A stretch of DNA of 60,685 nucleotides, filler included, from Sphacelaria rigidula (Eukaryota), in NCBI GenBank assembly GCA_964200075.2. It is 6 parts of 6 records of this genome, joined end to end, with 100 filler letters (N's around TTAATTAATTAA, not from the genome) between each part and the next. Parts side by side here need not be neighbours in the genome. Positions count along the whole stretch, not along the records: positions 1 to 10,032 come from CAXNAA020007289.1; positions 10,133 to 20,164 come from CAXNAA020007290.1; 4 more parts are not named here. One strand, written 5' to 3'. The position numbers and the translations under genes were made by a program. Numbering within the stretch: the stretch's first letter is position 1; every line of letters starts with the position of its first letter. This document shows positions 1 to 10,597 of this stretch, in pieces. The notes under the pieces are model-generated. The model did not search any database, was not told the DNA's origin, and saw only the letters and a program-made list of their open reading frames with translations.

Positions 1-456
1 GCCCATCTCCGCCGTGGCGTGCTCGGCGCAAAACTCGGCCTTTCTGCTGCCCGCTGCACCGTACGACGCCTGCGTGGAGCATCCTTCGTTGCCGCACCTT
101 TTGCTCCTAACGTTGACCATCTCCGCCCTGGCGTGCTCAGCGCAAAACTCGGCCTTTCTGTTGCCCGCTGCACCGTAAGAAGCATGCATGGAGCATCCTT
201 CGTTGCCGCACCTTTTGCTCCTAATGTTGATCATCTCTGCCCTGGCGTGCTCGGCGCAAAACTCGGCTTTTTTGCTGCCCGCCGCACCGTGCGACGGTTG
301 CTTGATGCATCCCTCAGTACCACATGGTATGCTACAAATGTTGACCATCCCCTCTCTGGCATGCTTAGCGCAGAATTCTGCCCTTTTCCCGCCTGCTATA
401 CCGTAAGATGCCCCCTGTTTGCACCTCTTGCCGACACATAATTGTCCAGCTATTCC
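1..456 (-). CDS. EsV-1-7 (Cys/His zinc-finger-like) repeat protein, partial exon running off the contig end
   Basis: Minus strand reads open from a CAG acceptor (459-457): GIAGQLCVGKRCKQGASYGIAGGKRAEFCAKHAREG, MVNICSIPCGTEGCIKQPSHGAAGSKKAEFCAEHARAE, MINIRSKRCGNEGCSMHASYGAAGNRKAEFCAEHARAE, MVNVRSKRCGNEGCSTQASYGAAGSRKAEFCAEHATAE. Period 114 bp (38 aa); motif C-x4-C-x16-C-x2-H. Confidence 0.85.
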
Positions 457-2039
457 CTGCGCAAATGGCATAGCGAGTGAAAAACCCACACACGAGTCTG
501 ACTACCTGGACAAGCACTGCGAAGCAACATCCCCTTGGGTGGTTAAACGATGTGTCCAACGTCTACTCATTGAATCAGTCATGTCAGGGTGCACTCAAAT
601 ATCGGGTCCTCAGGATGAAAAAGCAGGTATGAAGGGGTGCTTCCGCGCGGAATGTGACAGCCGTGAGCATTTCGTTGCATTCAATATCGCGGCAAACCAG
701 ACTACCTGGTGCAGACGTTAAGCATATCCTTTTTGCCGGACACGCCCTCATCCTTTCAACAACGGAAACAAGACGGTAAAAATACCAAACTAAACGCATC
801 GGGTAAGCATCGAATCTACATTATTCCCGGCCTCACGGTGTCAATTGTACTAATCAACCATCGGCACGCGGCGGCACCATGTACAGTGACTGTGCACACC
901 ACGTGACGTCGTGACAAGTTGCTTCTTTACTCCGAGGTCGGCGTCAGCGGGTGTTTTCAGGCTTTGGTATACGACGGGTAAATTTTCAACGGTGAAAACG
1001 TCATGCATCTTGGTCATCAGTCGTCTATTGTGCCGCAGAGAACAAAACATTACACTACCGTACTTGCCGCCGGGACCACGCAGTACTGCACATATTAACA
1101 CTTTTTGATCATTTTTCTCGAAGTTTTGAATTTTTTAAGCATCGATGAAACTAAGCCGAGCACGAATGTGTTTCCAGATTGTTCTCGTGGTTGTCCATGA
1201 CAACGTATGGCTCGACATTAATTTTAGGGATTACAGGTAACTCAATTATAACCTCAACGCCAACGCACCAACCGCACCGTGGTCAAACCCATCAGGGGCA
1301 CAATGAAGCTCCTACTGGAGAAACTCTGTTCGAAATGGATTCTTAGCCTTTACTGAGAGCTGTGTGGTTGGTTACAGCGACATTTTCAAGTATGAATACG
1401 ATTGCTCCCGGCTATGTGCACGTTGCGCGTACCTTCCGGCAGCATCTTTGATGCTAACGGGGGCGATATTATCGAAAATCGATGAGTGGAAAAACGTGAC
1501 GTGTAGTCGTGACAAAAGTGTTGTAACGGTCAAAAATGGGTACAATTCAAATAACGGTCCCGAAAACTGAACCTACATTCGACTGCAGCAACTCGCGCAT
1601 GGGTCGTTCATAGACGTGACTGCAATGAGTACCTGATATTATCGCTACTTTCACCTCACGGTTTTCTACAGCAGGACGTCCTACTATGCCCGGCGCAACG
1701 TGCTGACACGCTCGAAGTGACTCAAGAACTGGGGGGCTTCAACTGCCGTGACCTAGAGCTCTGCCTGCACAACGTTGCTGGCTGTCGTCGGCGCCTGCAT
1801 CCGTTGTAGAATGCTAGGGGAAATTCCTCAACTGCACCCATCACAGATAAAGGTGGAAGACGCGACGGGCTTCAAATCGAACATGGATACCCTCTCGATA
1901 CCCTCTCAATGACGAAAACTAAATTCGGTGTTTGTCGTTCACATTGGTGCTTCAAAGTAAATTTTCATACGTCGGATGAGCACGAGTGTGACTCGTGGCA
2001 CTCGCACTCGCTGGGCTGCTCGTTGGCCGTAAAAATTAG

Positions 2040-2253
2040 TAGAGCGAGCACTCGAATCATTGCTCGTTGTGGAAACAAACTAATAGGGCGAGCACTCGAG
2101 TCATTGCTCGTAGTGGAAACAAACTGATGGGGCGAGCACTCGAGTCATTGCTCGTTGTGGAAAAAAGTAATAGGGCGAGTACTCGAGTCATTGCTTATTG
2201 TGGAAAAAAAGTAACAGGGCGACAACTCGAGTAATTGCTCGTTGTGGAAAAAA
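2040..2253. repeat. ~44-bp minisatellite, left part (about 5 units)
   Basis: Unit approx. GGGCGAGCACTCGAGTCATTGCTCGTTGTGGAAAAAAAGTAATA. The motif GAGYACTCG recurs at 2046, 2090, 2134 and 2177. Confidence 0.9.
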
Positions 2254-2257
2254 TTAA

Positions 2258-3295
2258 CTCCTTTGGGACCGGGCCCCCAGAACGACCAATGAGGCTGGTT
2301 AGGAATGACGTGTCTGACGTCTGGACGAAACAGTGGTATATTGCTGAAAATCCGCGTATGTAACCGCAGAGTTATGAGGAAGACCGAAATTTTTATCCAA
2401 TCTATTTTCAGGTGCAGGGTGCGCATTAGGTAGTGTACATCTGATGTAGCAAGCAGAATGGGTCGCGGTAGAGAGCTTTCAACAGGATGCGGCGACCGGC
2501 GGACCGCCCACCACTTGTGGCCTTGGATTATAATGATGTTCCCATCACCTTGCCACACAGCCCTTCGTGGTCGGGTTGGGCCGCCACTTCCCTCTTCGTT
2601 GCAATAGACAAATTCCTTTCATAGGGTATGGGCGTTGCGGCGCACATACATACAGTACAGTACAGTTTAGTACAGAAAGTGCAGTACGCCTCTCCGACTA
2701 CAGCAACAGCTGCCGCTGCATACTCCCTTGCACGTTCTGGGCAGTTCTCAGCGACGGAGATCAGCTGTCTATACACAGCTTGTTCAACCCCGCCCACTAC
2801 ATACATGTTCACAGTGTTCTGCAAGTTATCGGCAGATGGATAAGCAGAATAATTATTGACAGTAGCTCCTTTTGTCTTCCCACGGCCCACCTGGGTTTAG
2901 TGCCTCGTGAAAATGACCACTTTGTGGCATGTACGCCCCTTCCCGCTTTTCGCCCTGCACCCTGTGTTAGTGTCATTACTACCTTCTGGTATAGGCTGGC
3001 GACCCCCAAAAACTCATGGGAAACCCCGGTACCGCTATTCTGAGTGCAAGTAATACGATGAGCCATGCTCCGATCACCTTGGCTTTAGAAACCTGGGAAG
3101 GCGTATCTGGGACAGGGACAGGGCCCCCTCACTATCTTTGCAGTAACATCACACTCGGCAACAGTCTCCGCGTGGGTCGTTCGGGTCTGTCGCCTCGCCG
3201 TGATTGGGCAGGTCGCTCCCTGGCTTATTTTTATATTATTTCATGAAGACACGGTCAATCTCGTGTTAGTGGGGGATAGGTCTCATGCAAAAGGG
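2258..3295. mobile_element. piggyBac-like non-autonomous element nested in the minisatellite
   Basis: Left end TTAA|CTCCTTTGGGACCGGGCCCCC. Right-end reverse complement CCCTTTTGCATGAGACCTATCCCCCACTAACACGAGATTGACC matches the cleaner end at 9976 (TTAA|CCCTTTTGGGACCGGACCCCCACTAACACAGGGTTGACC). Right flank TCAG is degenerate. Confidence 0.55.
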
Positions 3296-3298
3296 TCA

Positions 3299-3600
3299 GT
3301 AGGGCGAGCACTCGAGTCATTGCTCGTTGTGGAAAAAAAGTAGGGTGAGTACTCGAGTCATTGCTTGTTGTGGAAAAAAAATAATGGGGCGAGCACTCGT
3401 AGTCATTGCTCGTTGTGGAAACATACTAATAGGGCGAGCACTCGTAGTCATTGCTCGTTGGGGAAACAAACTAATAGGGCGAGCACTCGAGTCATCGCTC
3501 GTTGTGGAAAAAAGTAATAGAGCGAGCACTCGAGTCATTGATCGTTGTAAAAAGAAGTAATGCCTCGAGCACACGAGTCATGCTCGTTGTGTTTTAAAAA
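3299..3600. repeat. ~44-bp minisatellite, right part (about 6-7 units)
   Basis: Same unit as 2040-2253, resuming directly after the insertion. Confidence 0.9.
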
Positions 3601-3785
3601 AAAATCCATGAGTGCACTCGTTTCGACGAATAATGACTCGTCCGACGTGTGTATATTTTGCTCTGCTTTGCATCGCGCTTCCGGTTTTCTTTTTTTCTTT
3701 TCCTTTGTTATAATGGAAAAGGAGCACAATGAGAAATCATGCGCCGTTCTAATCTGGCAAGCTAGGGTGAGAAACAAGTGATATC

Positions 3786-4585
3786 AATACACTCACGCAT
3801 TCCGTAGCCACCGTTCAAGCCATCGTGGGGTGTAAACGGCCTGGTAGCGCAGGAGAAACACGCCTGCGACACACCGGGCCAAAAACACATCTATCCGCAC
3901 TGGACTGGACTCGGACATAGCCTTTGTCAAAAACGCGACTTACGCAACTTGGACATGAGCTATGTTGTCTGGAGGCGTGGGAGAACGTAATCATGCGCTG
4001 CTGCACAGTACCAAAAGATACAGCCAACCGACTGGAGGTGGACATCAGCTATGTTCAAGTCGCGAGCGCCTCCAGGGATTGGAATACCTGTCCGCGCTCA
4101 TCCCATGTGCCTTGCATCGACACCACAGCAACTGCAATACACTCACATATTCCGTATCCATCGTTCAAGCCATCGCACGGTGCAAACGGCCTCGTAGCGG
4201 TCGAGAAACGTGCCTGCTGCACAGTACCAAAAAATATCGCCGAACGACTGGAGGTGGACATGAGCAACGTCCAACTCACGAGTTGGACATAGCTCATGTC
4301 CACCTCCAGGGATTGGAATACCTGCCCGCGCTCGTCCCATGTGACTTGCATCGACACCACAGCAGCTGCAATACACTCACACATTCCGTAGCCACTGTTC
4401 AAGCCATCGTGGGGTGCAAACGGCCAGGTGGAGCAGGAGAAACGCGCCTGTTACACACGGGGCCAAAACATACATCCATCTGCACCGGACTGGACTTGGA
4501 CATAGCTCTTGAAAAAACGCGACTTGGGCAACTTGGACATAAGCTATGTTGGCTGGAGGCATGGGAGCACGTAGTCATGTGCTTG
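3786..4585. repeat. Composite tandem repeat (A-B-a-B-A modules of about 80-215 bp)
   Basis: 3786-3999 matches 4369-4585 (ATACACTCAC..TTCCGTAGCCAC..GTTCAAGCCATCG..GGAGGC). 4000-4135 matches 4215-4368 (CTGCACAGTACCAAAA..GACTGGAGGTGGACAT..CTCCAGGGATTGGAATACCTG). Confidence 0.8.
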
Positions 4586-4779
4586 CGATTGTCAGCGGTC
4601 GCGTTGCAGACAAGAACGCCAAAGGTGATTGCCGCTAGTACGCTTCACCGGCATTGTTCCGCGATGCACCGAGGGTTTACCCAGAGTGATTAGCATGTAT
4701 CCATTGTGCAGACAGTGTTTAATAAACTAGAAATGTGCTGCGATTAGCATGTCTCACGTGCCTTGCATCGACACCCATC

Positions 4780-5304
4780 AAGGAGAAGAAGCAATAGCAG
4801 CAGTATCAGCAGCATCGTTCCTGCCAGTAGATGTACGCGGCTGGGGGTGGGTCTGAATCAGCCGGTGCCGATACTGCTGCTACTGCTGCTGCTGCCGTTT
4901 TTCCTCATGGGAGAGACGGTCCGCGTTTCGATCGTGCTAAAACGCCCACGCACCTTGCGTGTGATAGTCACCGTGCTGGAAGGCGCTAGTCTGTACTACC
5001 CGCTGATGAGTCTATGCTTCCCCACTAGGTTAAGTGCTGGGAAATATAGCTGTGGACATCTCTCTGTGCGAGCTGTGCGCGTCGGGTGTGTCTCGGACGC
5101 GTGGCTACTGCTGGTGATGGGAATAAAGTCAGCATCCAGTACGGGGGGAAACAAGTGATATTTACTCGTACTAAAAATGCTATGGGGGTAACAACACGGA
5201 AACAAATCAGAGTCAGTTTCGAATAGGGGGAAGCAATAACGCGACAGGTGCGTGGGTATTGTTGCACGTCGAAACGCGGACCGTCTCCCGCACGAGAAGG
5301 AGGA

Positions 5305-5345
<41 letters not shown>

Positions 5346-5610
5346 TTTATTGCCAGTAAATGTACGCGGCTGGGGGTGGGTCTGAATCAGGCTGTGCCGA
5401 TGCTGCTGCTGCTGCTGCTGCTCTTCATCGTAGACGGTCCACCGGGCGTGGCCCTTGACCTGCACCAGGTCCGCGTTTCGACCGTGCGACAACACCCACG
5501 CACCTTGCGAGTGATGGCCACCGTGCTGGACAGTGCTGGTACATACTCCCCGCCGATGGGTGCATGCTTGCTTACTCGGCGAAGTTCTGAGAGAAATAGC
5601 TGTGCGCATC
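4780..5610. repeat. Two diverged direct copies (~4780-5070, ~5295-5610) of a ~300-bp unit carrying (CAG)n and (CTG)n tracts
   Basis: Shared core TGCCAGTA.ATGTACGCGGCTGGGGGTGGGTCTGAATCAG..GTGCCGAT, and GGTCCGCGTTTCGA..ACCTTGCG..CACCGTGCTGGA. Confidence 0.8.
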
Positions 5611-7249
5611 TACTCTATACTCTATATATACTGTAGGACTCCTGTTTTTCAAAAATAGGGATTGAAGTATGTAGGGGGGGTCACGTTATGGGCTTTGAAC
5701 AGTTCTGGTTGTGAAGATTTTTTATTGATTTTGAAAAAGTTCCAATTGGTTCTTGAAAAGTTCCAATTGGTTCTGGAAATATATCCTGAAAGAAACGGAA
5801 CACTTTTCCGCCACAGAAATCCAACGCCGAATCTGAAATGGCTTGAGACAACAACCAATTAAAAAAATTGGAATGGGTAACGCGACTTACTAACTTGCTT
5901 CACAGTAGACACGGCTAACATAGAAAAACTAGAAGCCGAACCGGGCGAAACCCCTGGACAATTACCTTGATACGGGACTTGCGAAGGTCGTGACACATTG
6001 GATTTTTTACCCATGATGCTGTGATGACGAACGGCCTCAAATAACCCCAACAGCTCATATTAATTTGGTTCCCGACGTCAACAACAAATGTTTGCGGTCA
6101 TGTAATATCTGATATGCCCCTGCCTCTTGTAGCACTAAAAACACACGACGCAAAAACTGCGCGTGATTTCTCCTCCAACACTTCGTGAAAACGGGTGCTG
6201 GGCACCTTGGGTGAGCATGGTCATCCAAATCTCCAGGATTGTCATGTAGGGGGCCGGAAGTTCACCGCAATTTCGTGTGCAACACAAAGCGTAAGACATG
6301 ATACCCATAGCGCACGGACGGACAGCTCAAATGCTCCCATGACGCATGGACGCATTTAAGCACGTATATGTTCCATCCGCGGCTTCTAGATCACGACATG
6401 AACGTACGACAGCAGAGGTGGGCAATATGATATCGCTGACGAGACTATACCAGATGCCTAGGCCTGACAGAGCTGTCAAACTTCCATGCAGAAGCATGCA
6501 AAACAAGCGAGTGATACCCACGTTGGTATCGTCGAAGGTACGTGTGTGTCACTTTACGCTTCGAACCTCACACTCCCAAGTACTTCTAACTCACGTCAAA
6601 ACTGCTCATGAGGTGGGAACCAATATCCGCTTGCACACTACCCTTGCCTTCCGAGATAACAATAGGTGCTTGCATGCAATAACTCCTATCGTCGCCCGCC
6701 AGATGTGCGCCAACGCAGCAGCACAAATTGTCGCCAACCCCTCGGCCGTCGGTACCGATGATGACGGCACGCCCGTGATACGCGTGTCAAAGTTCATGCC
6801 GCGTCCAGAAGATATGCGTCTCAAAGTTCATATCCTCCGTCACTCGAATTAATGTATACTACAACCCTGTCTACGACACTGTCTACGACATGTCAAACGG
6901 TGCTTTTTTCACATAAAACAACGTTTGCGTAAGATTGAGAGCAGAGCGCTGATTGAAAGTGGCTTCGGTAATTTGCTTCCACCTGGCCATCTTTTCATTC
7001 CGTGTATGCTTTTCTTCGCCTCTATCGCTAGCTTGTGCTCACAGATACACGTCGATATCCTACTCAGGGACATCAAGGGCCACGGTAGCAAGCTACTACA
7101 GAAAGCATATCGGGCCTCGTGGAGGGGCATTTCGGAACTGAAACGACTCATTCACTAATTGAACGATTTTCACTCTGAACCGTATCCTCTACTCTCAATC
7201 TCACGAAAACGTTGTTATATTCGATTGGCTATGTCACACGCAAACCATA

Positions 7250-7786
7250 CTTCCTCTGTCCCATAAGTAAAGGTACCTGAATTTGTACAGGACCTTAACG
7301 ATATCCGACCGTTTTTTTTTTTAATGAACTCTACGGTGTTTTTTGGACCAAGAAAGTGCGTTCAAATTTGCAGCTCGTGCTTAAACCATGCCGCCGAACG
7401 GCTGTAAAAAAAGTAGTCGACCCAAAAATGTGCGTTTTTTGCCCCTTTCCGAGGGGGAAACAAAAGTGTCGGAAGAAAAAAATGTTTTTTTTTTTATCGT
7501 GTGGGACTTCCTGGCAGCAAGCACCAGTGAAGGCGGGGGCGATTAAAGAAGTTCCAAAAAAAACGACACTTCTTTCTTCTCGGAAAGGGGCAAAAAACGC
7601 CCGTTTTTGGCCCGACTACTTTTTTTGCAGCCGTTCGGCGGCATGGTTCAAGCACGAGCTGGAAATTTCAAACACATTTTCTTGACCAAAAAAACACCGT
7701 AGAGTTCATTAAAAGAAAAAAAAACGACCGGACATCGTTGAGGGCCGGTACAAATTTAGGCACCTTTACTTATGGGACAGAGGAAG
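7250..7786. mobile_element. Stowaway/Tc1-mariner-type MITE with ~200-bp TIRs
   Basis: TA|CTTCCTCTGTCCCATAAGTAAAGGT ... ACCTTTACTTATGGGACAGAGGAAG|TA. TA target duplication; arms remain alignable for about 200 bp. Confidence 0.9.
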
Positions 7787-9031
7787 TATGACGTCACTGT
7801 CGCACACATGCATTGCACAGGTCTGACCAGGGCCTCGACCATGCCCGCCTTGCGTCGTATCGCGCAAACCGCCGAAGAGTCGTGGTAGTAGGTTGCTCGG
7901 GGGTAGTGGCTGGTTGATACAAACACAACCGCAACTATATGCGTTCATGGTCGTCGGACTGCCATTGGCGGACAGGTTCACCCTTCCCTGTTGCCTCACT
8001 TATACTTCGGTTCGGACCGGAGAATAGCACAGAGCAAGCCTGGGGCAGTATCGCTGTTTGATTTGGGGCCCATTTCGCCTTCCAGAAGCAGGAACTCGTA
8101 CTGAAGCAACATGCACCATCACAGCCTCAAAGGTTATTTCGACCAAGGGAAAACGAACGAAACGGCTGGCCTACGGCACGGAAGTCAAAGACTCGCAAGG
8201 TTGGTGTTACTACCGTCAAGACCATAGGCAGGTGGCCCCTGGCGGTCGAAAAAGAGGCGGAAGAGTTCCGGGAAGCGTGCCTATATAAGAATCCACGTCA
8301 ACTCGACCTACGGGACTAGAAAGATGCTGCTGCGCTGGGAGCCGCCGACCGAAGAGCCGCCGTCGCTGCATTACAAGCTTAGCAGCCCTTCGGTAGTTCA
8401 AAATGGAATTGGTTGGGAGAGTGGCCCGTCTTGCCCCTGACGAAGGATGACCTGGGGAGGTGGGAGTAGCACGGGAACTCGTATACCCTTTTCTCATTTG
8501 ATTACGTTTGAAATCCTGTCCTCGGCTTGACTCTTCATCGATGTTCTCGCTTTGGTTTTGTCTCTGGTTCCCCCTCTCTTCCCTCTTTTTCCCATTGGCC
8601 ATTTCGCTCATGTTCTTCCTCTCATGCCGCATGAGAGGTTGCGTCTCGCTTCTGCAGAGCTCGTGGACGATCGCTCCTGCCCAAAATAGTGTCCTTTTTC
8701 TGGTCTTTCCGTACCTTCCTCCTTTTTTCTTTGTTTCCTTCTCTCCGTCCACGCTTATCAGTTGCCGGTCTACTTTGCTCTCCCTCATTATTTACTGCCC
8801 CCCTTTCTCGACATCCATTGACCAGTGTTTTGTTGCATTTACCATAGGTTCGTCTGCCTTGTGGCCACGGTTGAATCCTTAGCGGATCACTTCATGTGCG
8901 ACCGTCAATGCTTCAGTCGGGTAGATCAGTTACAGTGCGGTGTCTCCACAGGGAAACATCCTGGGAGCAAATTTAACGAAACGTGACACCCCCGTCTTCG
9001 GTCGGGTGTTTGGATTGCTGCACCATGCGTG

Positions 9032-9033
<2 letters not shown>

Positions 9034-9105
<72 letters not shown>
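9034..9105. repeat. (CA)n microsatellite
   Basis: About 36 perfect units. Confidence 0.98.
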
Positions 9106-9107
<2 letters not shown>

Positions 9108-9975
9108 TATGCACAAGAGTCAGGTCATGAAGTGCACACGATGACAATGAAGGCGTGCTCATGAATACCGTCTGTCAGAACTCGGACCCGCCATCTTTCA
9201 CCCTGACTGGCTATAGGTGAACCAGTCAGACCGGCGTTGCGTCTTCATAGCACATGTATAGGTATGTTCAGATGTCTTGAACAAGGTCTTCCTGGCCAAA
9301 TACGAACTGTCCGGAGATATGACATACACTTCACGGTTGCGTCCCAACGCTCTAGCCATGATTCAAGAGACGGTGAGACTGAAGAATTACTTTCCCGAAA
9401 GAGAAAAAACTAATTCTCAGTGAGGTGAGGTGTGACGTGGAGCAGAAAGGTATATAACCACATCAGCTACTGTAAATACAACGGCATGCCACGCTGAACG
9501 GAAGTGGCCCTGATTGCTCTGGCTCACACACAGATATCTCGTGTGGCAGTTCATACCGTCGATTGCGTCCGCGTGTGGCGTCGATCACAGCAGGGAGGCG
9601 GATTCCCGGGCTGGTTCGGCCTGCGACGGGTATCCGCCTTAATCCGGACAAAGTTAGGGGCAACGAGTAAGGCGGGTGTTTCTGGGTTCTCAATGTGCCG
9701 CGCTGTGCGGAGCCAACACTGTACAGTAGTGGGCGGTCTAAATGTTCATTTGGTGGCATTTTGTGATTTTTCATAATTGGCGATTTTCTTGGACTCTTTC
9801 TGCTTGCCACCGCTCATCACATTGGGGATCTGAAGATATCTGTATCCGCTCCACATTCCAAAGGTTTTTATTCCAATCTGTACTCAATATTGAGTGACTT
9901 TAGGGCTGACCGGTCGTCGGGGGTCCTGCCACGTTCAGCCCAGATTCTTATTCCTCGATATTTTTGGTCGATTAA

Positions 9976-10032
9976 CCCTTTTGGGACCGGACCCCCACTA
10001 ACACAGGGTTGACCCTGTGTTAGTGGAATAAT
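9976..10032. mobile_element. Terminus of a piggyBac-like element, truncated by the contig end
   Basis: TTAA|CCCTTTTGGGACCGGACCCCCACTAACAC; same terminus family as 2258-3295. Contains a perfect hairpin with 15-bp arms at 9995-10026. Confidence 0.6.
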
Positions 10033-10132
10033 NNNNNNNNNNNNNNNNNNNNNNNNNNNNNNNNNNNNNNNNNNNNTTAATTAATTAANNNNNNNNNNNN
10101 NNNNNNNNNNNNNNNNNNNNNNNNNNNNNNNN
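10033..10132. other. Artificial contig linker
   Basis: 100 nt of N around TTAATTAATTAA (stop codons in all six frames). Confidence 0.97.
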
Positions 10133-10187
10133 AAAGCAAGCAACAAAAGAGTCCGCCCCCCCCCCCCCCCCACTTGTAGGGACACAC

Positions 10188-10255
10188 ACTTGTAGGGATG
10201 CGAGGTCGATGGTCTGATGACAATGGCATGCATTACCATGAGTACACCGCCCACC
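10188..10255 (+). mobile_element. LINE-3'-end-derived fragment
   Basis: TTGTAGGGATGCGAGGTCGATGGTCT..CATGAGTACACC; related to 13680-13740 and to the 3' end of the LINE at 47060. Confidence 0.6.
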
Positions 10256-10393
10256 CACTACAAACGTTCTGTTCGCCTTGGTGGAAGTTACCGGCAGGCA
10301 TCGGTACAAAATCAAGCGCTGGTCGGAGACATACCGGGTGTAGGAAAGCAGCGGTAGCGTGCTCAGCAATCAAGAGTTACGGAATGACTGTTG

Positions 10394-10597
10394 CAAGGGC
10401 ACGTCGAGTAGAGTATACTCTATTGCAGGGTATTTTGAAAGACGTACTTGAGGTACTCAAATTAGGGTAGAGTGTTACGAGCCGTACCCAAATATAAGTG
10501 GAAAGCGATCCCTGAAACCCTAACCCAAATTCGTGTACTTTAAACACGATTTTCAAAATACTCCGCACTTGAGTATTCTCTACTCGATCTGCCCGTG
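10394..10597. mobile_element. hAT-type MITE (204 bp)
   Basis: TIR CAAGGGCACGTCGAGTAGAGTATACTC vs reverse complement CACGGGCAGATCGAGTAGAGAATACTC. 8-bp TSD GACTGTTG / GACCGTTG. Confidence 0.8.

Larger units (their letters stand above)
1966..3651. mobile_element. Non-autonomous DNA transposon with internal minisatellite, interrupted by a nested element
   Basis: Short terminal inverted repeat CATACGTCGGATGAG (1966) vs CTCGTCCGACGTGTG (to 3651). Filled with a ~44-bp tandem array on both sides of a 1-kb insertion. Confidence 0.5.

Noticed and set aside
2040-3600. CRISPR-like array (palindromic repeats at regular spacing)
   Set aside because: The inter-repeat segments are near-identical A-rich sequence rather than unique spacers. 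The context is eukaryotic with no cas genes; this is a minisatellite.
3962-4693. 243-aa ORF
   Set aside because: It lies wholly within the modular repeat, the frame is not preserved between modules, and there is no recognisable domain.
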